Source of the DNA: Gemmataceae bacterium
GTDB taxonomy: Bacteria > Planctomycetota > Planctomycetia > Gemmatales > Gemmataceae
Length of the DNA stretch: 64,000 nt
NCBI GenBank assembly: GCA_046350235.1
Contig: JAXMAT010000015.1
Location: 14,171-78,170 of the forward strand
Reading direction: 5' to 3'
The notes under the pieces are model-generated. The model had not been told where the DNA came from. It worked only from the letters and a program-made list of their open reading frames with translations, and ran no database searches. The translations under genes and the position numbers were made by a program. Below are positions 41,288-50,812 of this stretch, piece after piece; position 1 is the first letter of the stretch; each line of letters starts with the position of its first letter.

Positions 41288-44200
41288 TTGCCCGACGGCG
41301 GGTTCGTCCTCGCATCCATCGTGGGACAGTCGCTCTACGCCGTGCGGTTCAGCGCCAACGGGACCCGGCTGCTTACGGCGGTCGTCGACGATCAGCTGCA
41401 GACGTTCCGGTACGATCCGCGGCCGTCGGTGACGCGGCTGGCCGACGGCAACCTCTGGTTCGCCTGGGAGGAGCGAGGCGAGGACAACCAGTCGTACGCA
41501 CGGGCGCGGCAGTATTCCCCGGACCTCGTCCCCGCCGGCCCGGCGTTCGACGTGGCCAAGTTCGGCTACGCCCCGCAGATCGCGGCCGCCGGCGATACGG
41601 TCGCGTTCGTGTACCAGACCGTACCCGGCTACGACCTGTACACGCAGGTACTTCGACGCAACGACCGACCGGTCGCAGCGACCGTGCCGCCGCTGGCCCT
41701 GCGGCAGGATGGCGGGACCACGACCGTCGATCTGACCGCCTACTTTAGTGACCGTGAGACGGCTGTCGCGGCGTTGACCTACAGTCTGGTCAGCGTGACC
41801 GGTACGAATGGGCTGTTCTCCGCCGTCACCGTCGATGCGAGCCGGCGACTCGTCCTTACTCCCGCGGCCGGGAAGACCGGATCCGCAACGGTGGTGGTTC
41901 GCGCCGCGGACGCCAACGGCGCGTTCGCCGAGGCGACTTTCCACGTCACCGTGCTTCCCGCGACTGCCCCCACGGTCGTCGCCGCAGACGGCCTCGCGAC
42001 CGGACTCGATTTCGGCAGGCTGAACGTTGGAACCTCAACGCTCCGTCTGCTGTTCAGCCGCGACGTCGTGGGCGCTGGGACGGCCGCCAACTACGAACTG
42101 CGTCGTGCTGGCTCCAACGGACTGCTCGAAGCCGACGACGCACTGCTGCCCGTGAGCGTCGCTTACGACTCCGCCGCACGAACCGCAACGTTGACGTTCG
42201 ACTTCCTTGTCGAGGACATCTACCGGCTCATGATCCGCGATGCGATCGCGGATCAGTTCGGAGTTGCCCTCGGCGGCGCGCGAACGTTCGACTTCGTCGC
42301 CGTCCCTGATCCGTTCACCAACGAACCCCCTGTCAAGGAGTTGCTCACGCCAGGTGGCTATCGGTTCGATGTGCAACGATACGGTATCGGAAGCGGGCAA
42401 TTGGTTCACGGAACACGAGACGCGTTCGATGGGCTGAACCGCCTGACGATCAATGGCACTGCGCTCGACACGTATTACGGCTCGGAATCGATCCGACCTC
42501 ATAGTTGGCAATCGTACACGAACTATGTCAGCCAGCTTTACGCACAGCGCAACGTATCAGTCCCGCTGATCGGAGACGTGGATTTCGCCCGCACCGTGGA
42601 CACCTTCGATGTGCCTGGCGGGTGGCAGCCCCGCGACGTTGCGGCGACTTATACGAGCAACCTCGGGGCGGGCCAATCCATTGTCTCCACCTCGGATGGC
42701 GATGCGGTGCTGGAAACGACCGACACCTGGTTCCTCACCGACGACGGCGACGGAACCGGATCGCCGGCCGTGCTGCACCTGATCGGCACCCCGCTCGGTG
42801 TCCGCTCCTCGTCGGTGATGGTCGTCGGAGACAATGTCACTTGGACGTACTCCTTCACGGTCGCAAGCGGCGCCGTGCTCCGGCTCGCGACTTTCACGAT
42901 CGTTGCCGAAACCCGCGCTGCTGCGGTGGCGGCGGTGGAGGAACTGGTCGGTCCGCACGGCTTCCGCGGCGCCGCGGCCGAAGGTCTTGCGGCTGGAGAG
43001 GTCAGTTCGCTCGCTAACTTCCGGTTCCCGGCCCCCCCGCCGCCCAATCGCCAGCCGACCGCCATCGAGTTTCTGACGGGCGGGTCGATCCCTGAAGACA
43101 GCCCTGCCGAAACCGTCGTCGGCGTCCTCAAAGCAATCGATCCGGACGCTAGCGACTCGCATGACTTCGAATTGCTCGACGACGCGGACGGACGGTTTTA
43201 TCTCGACGGATCGACCGTGCTCGTCGCCGATGGCGCCGACTTGAGCTATGTGTCAGGCACTGCGCATGTCATCCGAGTGCGGGCGACGGATACGGAAGGC
43301 CTGGCGTTCGAGCAGAACCTGACCGTTTCCGTCACGCATGTCAATCGACTCCCGGTTGCCGCCCTCGATCGAATCGCCATGGTGCAGGACCATCTCGGCA
43401 AAGTCGTTCCCGTACTTGCGAACGATTACGATTCCGATGGAGGAACGTTGAGCGTGACCTCCGTCACGCAGCCAAGTCATGGTTCTGTGCAGTTCGTGGG
43501 CGGAATCGTTACCTATACGCCGAGCGCCGGCTACTCGGGGTCGGACAGCTTCACCTACCTCCTCAGCGACGGCCAGGGCGGCTCGGCGACCGGCACGGTC
43601 CGGGTGACCGTAGCGGCTCAACCCACAGCGAGCAATCAGGCTGCCATCCTGAGCAGCACCGTCGATGCCGCAATCCAACGCTTTGCGGCAGCCGGCCTTT
43701 CCGCCGCAGGCATCGACTATCTGCGGACCAAGAGTTTTGCCTTCGCCGACTTGGACGGCGACGCGCTCGCCAAGGTTCTGGGCAACACCATCTTGCTGGA
43801 TCGCGACGCGGATGGGCAGCTTTGGTTCGTGGACTCGACGCCGCTGCTCGACGAAGAGTTCGGCGCGACATCTTCGGCGGCGAAGCTGCTCGCTCAGGAG
43901 GGAACCGCTGCGGCCGAGTTACTCGATCTGGAAACCGTCGTGCTCCGCGAGATGGCGAAAACCCTAGGCGTTCCGCCGAGCATGTCGCCTGACTTGCTGG
44001 CCAGCGACATCACTGCCGGCGTCCGCTACCTGCCGAAGCTCGATGGTTCGTTCCAGTTGAAGCCGAATGCAGCCTGGAGCGCGGTAGACATCGAACAACT
44101 CAGTGCCCTCCGCCTGCAATACGGATTCGTCTCCGGGGGCGGGAAATGGTTCCTGGATCGCAGCGGCCAGTGGTATTCGATCTCCGCCAACGGCGAGTTG

Positions 44201-44452
44201 CGGAAGTACGGCGTCAACACGCTGATCGCGACGTTGAGCCCGTTGGTGTTCGACGACCCGAGTTTGCTTACCACTGGCCATGGTCGCTCACGGATGCTTA
44301 GAAGACACAGCTCAGCCAACTTCGCGCTTGCTCACGGATTCGTCTCAGGCGGCGGCAAATGGTTCCAGGACCGCAACAATCAATGGCACCTGATCAACCC
44401 GGATGGAACGCTCCGCAAGCCCGCAGCACGAATCAGTTGGTCGCTACGGTGA
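41288..44452 (+). CDS. Fragment of the giant locus: largest intact piece (1054 aa), cadherin-like and Ig-like domains plus the first C-terminal repeat
   Basis: 'NRQPTAIEFLTGGSIPEDSPAETVVGVLKAIDPDASDSHDFELLDDADGRFYLDG' is cadherin-like. 'LANDYDSDGGTLSVTSVTQPSHGSVQFVGGIVTYTPSAGYSGSDSFTYLLSDGQGG' is Ig-like. It ends in 'YGFVSGGGKWFLDRSGQWYSISANGELRKYGVNTLIATLSPLVFDDPSLL'. Confidence 0.7.
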   Translation: MPDGGFVLASIVGQSLYAVRFSANGTRLLTAVVDDQLQTFRYDPRPSVTRLADGNLWFAWEERGEDNQSYARARQYSPDLVPAGPAFDVAKFGYAPQIAAAGDTVAFVYQTVPGYDLYTQVLRRNDRPVAATVPPLALRQDGGTTTVDLTAYFSDRETAVAALTYSLVSVTGTNGLFSAVTVDASRRLVLTPAAGKTGSATVVVRAADANGAFAEATFHVTVLPATAPTVVAADGLATGLDFGRLNVGTSTLRLLFSRDVVGAGTAANYELRRAGSNGLLEADDALLPVSVAYDSAARTATLTFDFLVEDIYRLMIRDAIADQFGVALGGARTFDFVAVPDPFTNEPPVKELLTPGGYRFDVQRYGIGSGQLVHGTRDAFDGLNRLTINGTALDTYYGSESIRPHSWQSYTNYVSQLYAQRNVSVPLIGDVDFARTVDTFDVPGGWQPRDVAATYTSNLGAGQSIVSTSDGDAVLETTDTWFLTDDGDGTGSPAVLHLIGTPLGVRSSSVMVVGDNVTWTYSFTVASGAVLRLATFTIVAETRAAAVAAVEELVGPHGFRGAAAEGLAAGEVSSLANFRFPAPPPPNRQPTAIEFLTGGSIPEDSPAETVVGVLKAIDPDASDSHDFELLDDADGRFYLDGSTVLVADGADLSYVSGTAHVIRVRATDTEGLAFEQNLTVSVTHVNRLPVAALDRIAMVQDHLGKVVPVLANDYDSDGGTLSVTSVTQPSHGSVQFVGGIVTYTPSAGYSGSDSFTYLLSDGQGGSATGTVRVTVAAQPTASNQAAILSSTVDAAIQRFAAAGLSAAGIDYLRTKSFAFADLDGDALAKVLGNTILLDRDADGQLWFVDSTPLLDEEFGATSSAAKLLAQEGTAAAELLDLETVVLREMAKTLGVPPSMSPDLLASDITAGVRYLPKLDGSFQLKPNAAWSAVDIEQLSALRLQYGFVSGGGKWFLDRSGQWYSISANGELRKYGVNTLIATLSPLVFDDPSLLTTGHGRSRMLRRHSSANFALAHGFVSGGGKWFQDRNNQWHLINPDGTLRKPAARISWSLR

Positions 44453-45540
44453 GCGTGCTGGTCTACGACGATCCATCGCTGCTGCCGAACACCCGTCGCT
44501 CCTGAGCGATGCGGAAGAGCACGCTGGGCCAGCTTCGCGCGACGCATGAAGGCGATCTCAGGCGGCGGCAAGTGGTTCCTCGATCGCTCCAACCGAAGTG
44601 GCTGTTCATCGAAGCGGACGGCGAACTGCGGAAGTACGGAAGCAATACGCTCGTCGCTTCGCTTAGCCCTGGTATTCGATGATCCGTCGTTGCTTTCCAA
44701 AGTAGCCTGTCGCTCGGCGATGTGGGGAAGGCGCGCTTGGGCCAGCTTCGCGCGACGCATGGCTTCGTCTCCGGCGGCGGCAAATAGTTTCAGGACCGCA
44801 GCAGCGGTGGCACTTCATCTCCGCCGATGGGACGTTGCGGAAGTACGGCACGAATCAGCTTGTCGCGACATTGAGCCCGCTGGTCTTCGACGACCCGACG
44901 CTCTGTCGAGCAGCCAGTGTCGCTGTCGAACGCAGAGCAAGTCAACTCAGCCAACTGCGTGCTGCACACGGTTTCGTTTCGGGCGGCGGCAAATGGTTCC
45001 AGGACCGCAGCAACCAATGGCACTTCATCAACGTGGACGGCACGCTGCGGAAGTACGGCACGAATCAGCTTGTCGCCACGCTTGGCGTGCCTGGTCTTCG
45101 ACGATCCGACGCTTCTCAAGGCTCCCGTCTCGCTGACTGAAAACAAACAAAGCCGCGCTGAGCCAGTTGCGGCTTGCGCATGGCTTCGTCTCCGGCGGCG
45201 GCAAGTGGTTCCAGGACCGCGGCAACCAGTGGTACTTCATCTCCGCCGATGGAACGTTGCGGAAGTACGGCACGAATCAGCTTGTCGCGACCGTGAGCGT
45301 GCTTGCTTGACGATCCAACCTTGCTGACGTGCTCCTGTGACGCTGACGAATGTCGAGCAGACTCAACTAGCCCAGTTGCGGCTTGCGTATGGCTTCGTCT
45401 CGGGCGGCGGCTTAGTGGTTTCAGGACCGCAGCAACCAGTGGTACTTCATCTCCGCCGATAGGACGCTGCGGGAAGCTTGCAGCACGAACCAACTAGTCG
45501 CTACGCTAAGCGTGCTGGTCTTCGATGATAACGTTGCTTG
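44089..45540 (+). repeat. Tandem array of 7 copies of a ~209-213 bp coding repeat
   Basis: The conserved core GGCGGCGGCAA(A/G)TGGTT recurs at about 44135, 44348, 44561, 44773, 44982, 45194 and 45403. Consensus peptide: '(E)QLSQLRxAHGFVSGGGKWFQDRSNQWHFIxxDGTLRKYGTNQLVATLSPLVFDDPTLL'. Copies 2-7 carry indels and stops, for example TGG->TAG at 44785-44787. Confidence 0.85.
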
Positions 45541-45891
45541 CTGCTGCGTACCTCGGTTAATCAAGATGACGTGCTAGCATCCTGCTGGTGATCGAAGCCG
45601 AAAGCAGCGGCTGGAGCCCGGGCTTACCCCGAGGAGCTGCGACCGCTCGATCCCAGCAGCCGATGAAGTCGCGGGCAGCTCCCGGACGAGTACATTCGCC
45701 ACAGGGTCGATGGGCAATTGGGTTCAGGCGGGCCGTTGGTGATCGGCGGCGGCTGACCGGCTAGGCCCGTCGCTGGACACGTTTTGACCCGTTGCCCCCA
45801 AGCTCGAAATCGATTTCGGAATGTGAGTGTCCGATTTGACCGGGAGCTCCGGAGCGCGCAAGCGAAACACGCGTCTTCGCTCGCATCGGCT

Positions 45892-46110
45892 TTATCGGTT
45901 CCCTACGAACCGCATCTTGGCAGTCGCGTCTCTCTTGAAGAATCGCAGCAGCTGCTCCGCGGCCTTGTAGCCGCTTTCGCTCGGGTGCACGCCGTCGTTG
46001 GCGACATCGCTTCGCTCCCAAATCAAGCGTAACCATCCGGGCGACGCATGTCGGAAAGTCCAGGCGAATGGCGTGCGGCGGTTGATGGCCGAGGGAGCCG
46101 TTCGCGGCAT
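45892..46110 (-). pseudogene. 3' remnant of an SGNH/GDSL-type hydrolase
   Basis: 'LIWERSDVANDGVHPSESGYKAAEQLLRFFKRD' contains the block-V D-x-x-H motif. No intact upstream blocks occur in any single frame. Confidence 0.4.
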
Positions 46111-46275
46111 TTAGGATGGTATCCGTCCGGTGAAATCACCTTCCGCGGCAGTAGTGGTGATCGGCGCCGAAGAAAGCAGGTTCTCCGCAGAATTGGCATT
46201 GCGAGGGCCCCGAGTTGTGGTGTTCAGCGTTAGTTCCCGAGCAGTGGCAATGCTAACTCCATGTAAGCGAGAGTT

Positions 46276-48749
46276 TCAAACGCGTCGGATGCGGCATGCG
46301 AAGCATTTGTAGGCTTGCTGGCCGGAGAGGTTGTCGAAGTAGCGGTCATTCGTCGATTCGTACATCGGCGCACCAAACTCTTAGCCCATTTGCTGCATCG
46401 GGCCGAAGGTGCTGGGGACGAATCGTATCTTGGCGGATGCCTTCCCAGAGGGCGGCGAAGTTTCTGGATGGATCCTTGCCGGGCTTTCGACGATGATTTC
46501 GTCCCCTTCGCGGATGTTGGCTTTCATCGCCGTCTGCGGGTGGACTTGGATCAGTTCCCGTTGAGTTGTTTCCCTGAGTAGGTCCATTGCGTCATCCCGG
46601 CGAAATGAACGACGCTCGGGCGTCCCGTCATGCCCATCAGCGGATACTCGGCGTGGACCGCACCGGTCGAGGCGCCGCCGATACGGGCGCGGGGTGTGGC
46701 GGCGCCGGGGTTGATCGGATTCGTCACCAACTCGTTCGCATGCTCGACCGTCGGATTGCGGCCGGTGACTTCAGGATGCGTGTAGTACGTCGGCAATGCA
46801 GCGTGCCCCGCGGTCGCAAGGCGTTTTTCGATGTCGGCGGTGAACACCTCGGATTTCCCGCTTGGTGTGAGGAACCGCTTCCCCGCGTGGCCCAGAGCGG
46901 CCGCCGCTTCGCGCCAACTCGGATGATCGAGATAAAGCGTGCTGACGCCGGCATGCTTTTCGGTGGGGCAAGGCCAACGCAGCGGCTCCGAACGACGCGA
47001 CATCCGGTCCTGCGTCATGCCCGCCATGCCGGGCGTGTTGGCGACGAAGGTCGCCCAGAGGTTGCGATAGTTTCGCCAGGCCGCGGGAAAGGCATCGGTC
47101 CAGGTCGCGGCTCCGCGCGTGCGGTCCAGCCTTCCAAGTGCATGAGCGAGGTCGATCCAGATTTCCCAGTCGGGCTTCGATTGTCCCACGCGAGGCACGG
47201 CCGCATTCTGCCAGCGGATGCCGCGATCGTCGCGCCGCATGTAGACGCCGTCCATCTCCAGCCCGCTGCACACCGGAAGAATGATGTCTGCGTAGTACGC
47301 ACTTTCCTCCATGAAGAGGCCGGTGTAGGCGTAGAACTCCAGAGCGCGATACGCTTGGCGGACGCGTGTCGTATTCGCGCTGCTCAGAAGCGGGTTGCCC
47401 ATCGTGACCAGCGCTCGCATGCGATAGGGGCGAGCATTCAGGATCGATTCGGCAAACCAATCCGGGCCGACGGGCAATGCCTGTCCCTTTTCCGGAACCT
47501 GAGCCGCGAGGCGTGGGAGATGCAAGTCGCCGGGCCAGGTGTTGTGCATGAAGTTGCACCCGCCGCCGGGCACGCCGATGTTGCCGGTGATGGCGGCGAG
47601 CATGGCGAGGGCGCGGTAGGTGTCGAAGGCGTTCATCTGATGCGAGATGCCGGCGTTGCAGAAGATGGCGGCGGGTTTCGCGCGAGCATACTCTTCCGCC
47701 AAAGTTTCGATCTGCCGAGCAGGCACATCGCACATGCGGGCGGCCCACGCGGGCGTGTAGGCGTTCTTTCGCAGATGCTCCGCGAGTTCGTCGAAACCGA
47801 CCACCCAATCGCGGACGAAAGCCGGGTCATGCAACTTGCGATCGATGATGTGGTAAAGCATGCCCAAGACGAGGGCGAGATCCGTGTGCGGTTTGGGGGC
47901 GATCCACTGATCCGCCTGCGCTCCGGTCGGCGTCCGCCGCGGGTCGATGACGACGAGCTTCGCCTTGGTGCGCGATCGGCATCGCAGAAGATGCGCGAAC
48001 GTCACCGGATGCGTCTCGGCCTGATTCGTTCCGAAGAAGAGGAAGTACCGGGCGCTGCCGAGGTCCTCGCGCCCCGTGGCAGGATCGACGCCATAGCCGT
48101 TCGTGAAATTGCCGAGTCCGAAAGTGGTCGCAAGCGCATTGCCGCCGGCGTCGTTGCACACGGGGCCGACATCCGTGTCGTTGGGGCTGCCGAGCAACGT
48201 GAACATGCGGTGGATCAGCGACCCTGTCCCGCGCGGCAGTCGGCCGGAGGTTCGGCTGACGATCGCCTTCGCATCGCCCGCCTCGCGCAGCTCCAACATT
48301 TTCCGCGCGATCCGTTCGAGGGCTTCATCCCATGTGATGGGTTCGAATCGGGACTGCGGATCTCCCTTGTCGCCGCCGATCCGCTTGAGGGGCCGGGTCA
48401 GGCGGAAGCGGTTGTAGACCAACTGCGGCATCATGCCCGCCTTGACGCAGAGTTCCCCCGCCTGCACCGGATCGTTCGGCTCGCCGCGTACATCAATAAC
48501 ACGGCCCGCGAAGATGTACCCGCAGACCGCAGAGGAATTGCAGAACTGACAGGCACTGGTGACGACGCGATCCGGCTGCAATGCGGCCGACTGCTGCGTG
48601 AAATCGATACGCGCCGATTCGGCGGCGGCGGGAGCCGGATCAGCGCCGTGACCGGTGCCGGGCATCATGCCGAGTACCGCCACGCTGCTTCCCAGAGCGA
48701 CTCCCTGAATGACATCGCGGCGATTCGGAGCGGAGGAAGTGGAGCTCAT
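46276..48749 (-). pseudogene. Tat-exported molybdopterin oxidoreductase (MopB superfamily) with a disrupted C-terminal domain
   Basis: The 739 aa ORF from ATG 48749 has the Tat motif 'NRRDVIQGVALGSSVAVLG' and the 4Fe-4S motif 'CQFCNSSAVCGY...C'. The molybdopterin-dinucleotide-binding tail continues only after a frameshift at ~46555 ('RELIQVHPQTAMKANIREGDEIIVES'). It then has an in-frame TAA (46381-46383) before '..EFGAPMYESTNDRYFDNLSGQQAYKCFACRIRRV*'. Confidence 0.7.
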
Positions 48750-49054
48750 ATCGACATACCGCCGAAGCAATGAGTAGGAGAGCCTCCACGTTCATGGAGG
48801 CACGACATCATGACATCTGGGCAACTGTTTGCGTAAGTTTCGAGTATTTCACAACATGCGTTCAGAATCAAGAAGATTGTGGCTCAGTTGACGGATTCCT
48901 AAGGAACAATTCAACTTCCGATCATTTGGTTTATGCGGCTTTCTATCGGATTTTACGTTTGAACAGAGCAAATCTCGCCGAATGGAGTTGGGAAAACACT
49001 CCGATATTCGAACAACACCGAACGTCGCCCGATGTTTACCGGAATGGAACTCCG

Positions 49055-50047
49055 ATGAAAGTCTGCCGATGGATCCTCGTACGTGGGGCGACGGCAGTGG
49101 TTTTGACGTTGGGAATTGCTCAAGGGATCGCCCAGGCACAGACCGCTCCTGATGAAATCCCAGCGATTGCGGTGGAAGCGACGCCTGAGCGTGCGCGGTA
49201 CTCTCTCCTTGAAACCATCGCGCTGTCGATCTTCAACAAGCGTGCCCCCAAGCGGGAATGGACGCCGCTCTACGCGGACACATTCTTTTCGGAGGGGTGG
49301 TTCGAACCGCACATCGGGCCTCCTCCCGGCACCGGCGGGTCGGTACGGCAGGGCTGGATCGGAGTGCCGGAAGCGTTCTTCAATCGGCAGATTGTAGGCA
49401 TCTACAGCCAGAAGCACGGCGTGAACGGCGGGACAAACGAAACGATAGGCGGGACCATTCTCGAATCTCCGATGAACCGACGCTACGACTTCGGCGTACT
49501 GGTCCCCTTCGCGGATTCGATTTCTGACAAAGCGGGCCAGCAGAATACGGGAGTCGGCGATACGTTGTTCTTCAACCGTTTCCTTGTCCATGAAACGGCA
49601 GACCTTTCGGTCTCCTTCAACTGCAACGTGCTCGCTCCGACCGGATCGCGCGCCTACGGCAACCAGCGGACTTCGGTAATTCCCTACGTCGCGTTCTACA
49701 AGGATCTGCAGCGTGGTTTCTCGTTCCGCGGCGCCGGCGGAGCCGACGTTCCGGTGGATGACCGGCCCGATGGACGCACTTCGTCGATCTTCGGCAGTCT
49801 CGCCGCGGGCCAGACCTTGACGCCGCACGACACGCCGATCGTGGGCGACTTCACGTATTATCTCTGCGCCAACATCGTGCAGGACTTCGGGACGGGAAAC
49901 AACCACAATGCCCAACTCAGTCTGACTCCCGGCATTCGTACCCATCTTGGCCGCAACTGGTTCTTTCTCGCCGGCATCGCAGTCCCAGTGACGGGGCTGA
50001 AGCAGTATGACGAGCGTTACACCTTCGTTCTGGTCAAGGGCTTCTGA
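49055..50047 (+). CDS. Putative outer-membrane beta-barrel protein
   Basis: 330 aa from ATG 49055. Signal peptide MKVCRWILVRGATAVVLTLGIAQGIAQA. Alternating beta-strand pattern. The C-terminus '...YTFVLVKGF' ends in Phe. Confidence 0.55.
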   Translation: MKVCRWILVRGATAVVLTLGIAQGIAQAQTAPDEIPAIAVEATPERARYSLLETIALSIFNKRAPKREWTPLYADTFFSEGWFEPHIGPPPGTGGSVRQGWIGVPEAFFNRQIVGIYSQKHGVNGGTNETIGGTILESPMNRRYDFGVLVPFADSISDKAGQQNTGVGDTLFFNRFLVHETADLSVSFNCNVLAPTGSRAYGNQRTSVIPYVAFYKDLQRGFSFRGAGGADVPVDDRPDGRTSSIFGSLAAGQTLTPHDTPIVGDFTYYLCANIVQDFGTGNNHNAQLSLTPGIRTHLGRNWFFLAGIAVPVTGLKQYDERYTFVLVKGF

Positions 50048-50144
50048 TCCCAAATCCTCTACGCAACAACAATCGCCGAGCCGCCGTTGCGGCATTGCGG
50101 ATGCGGAACGGCGGTTGACTGGGTGTTGGCCTGGTGCAGCGATT

Positions 50145-50405
50145 TTACGTCAGGCCCCTAAGGGCGCATCCAGAATCGATTCGGCGACAATGGGGCCAAC
50201 CGGCAAGCCTGCCCCGGGCCAGGTGTTGTGCATGAAGTTGCACCCGCCGCCGGGCGGCCGGTGATGGAGGCGAACATGGCGAGGGCCGGGAAGGAGCCGG
50301 CCGGAGATTTGGGCGCAGGAGGCTTCCGGAACACCGAGCGAACAAACCGCCGCCGATCACTGCTCCTTTGAGAAGTTTCCTCCGATCCGTCGAAAACGAA
50401 TCCAT
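50145..50405 (-). pseudogene. Remnant of a second molybdopterin oxidoreductase paralog
   Basis: A Tat-like leader 'MDSFSTDRRKLLKGAVIGGGLFA' is joined to sequence homologous to 47430-47610 of the neighbouring gene. This includes the identical run CCAGGTGTTGTGCATGAAGTTGCACCCGCCGCCGGGC. Internal deletions are present. Confidence 0.55.
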
Positions 50406-50474
50406 GGCAGACGGTCCCTTGCTCTGCTGGAAATTTGCATCGATGAGGATGGAGAAGTGCAGTCAGCGAGAGAG

Positions 50475-50789
50475 TCAGTCAAACGAAACCCGGAGGCCGC
50501 ACTCAGGAATGCGAAGAGTCGTCCCTGTTTTATCCGAATCGTGTCTGACGGTTGGGCTCAGGGAGTAATAAACGAATCGCCCGGACTTCTTCTTCACCAG
50601 AATGCGAGCCTTGCAAAGGATGCCAAGGTGATGAAATACGTTGATCGGATTCGTACCAATCTGCTCAGCCAACTCGGAAGGCGTGCAGGGGCTGGCGCTG
50701 ACGATCTCAACGATATGAAGTCGCTCTGGGGCGGAGAGCGCCTTGAACGTTTCCGCCCAGGCGGTGTGAAAATCGTTGATTCGAGCCAT
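50475..50789 (-). CDS. ArsR/SmtB family transcriptional regulator
   Basis: 104 aa from ATG 50789. 'FKALSAPERLHIVEIVSASPCTPSELAEQIGTNPINVFHHLGILCKARILVKKKSGRFVYYSL' is a winged HTH. The track's 383 aa extension is antisense to the EF-hand gene. Confidence 0.85.
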   Translation of the reverse strand: MARINDFHTAWAETFKALSAPERLHIVEIVSASPCTPSELAEQIGTNPINVFHHLGILCKARILVKKKSGRFVYYSLSPTVRHDSDKTGTTLRIPECGLRVSFD

Positions 50790-50812
50790 AGCGCTCAACC
50801 TCAAGCGGAAAC

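Larger units (their letters stand above)
35662..45540 (+). pseudogene. Giant (~9.9 kb) adhesin-like exoprotein locus, fragmented
   Basis: The N-terminus is 'MLRRWLKPV..FMPGLLAERLEDRVVLAAS'. An in-frame TGA at 35818-35820 is followed in the same frame by 587 aa of ~55-60 aa units with 'LDTSFGxGG' (delta-60 repeat type). The 37.56-39.36 kb stretch holds further units scattered over all frames. PKD/Ig and cadherin-like modules follow (39.36-40.88 and 41.29-44.45 kb), then the terminal tandem array. Confidence 0.7.

Noticed and set aside
44089-45540. CRISPR array or diversity-generating retroelement as the explanation for the ~212 bp repeats.
   Set aside because: The units are contiguous coding repeats with no unique spacers. 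No cas or reverse-transcriptase gene is present. Differences between copies are indels and mixed substitutions, not adenine-specific changes.
48750-49054. A Moco riboswitch in the leader of the molybdoenzyme gene.
   Set aside because: Only a short 7-bp hairpin is visible. I could not find the conserved Moco-motif sequence blocks by eye.
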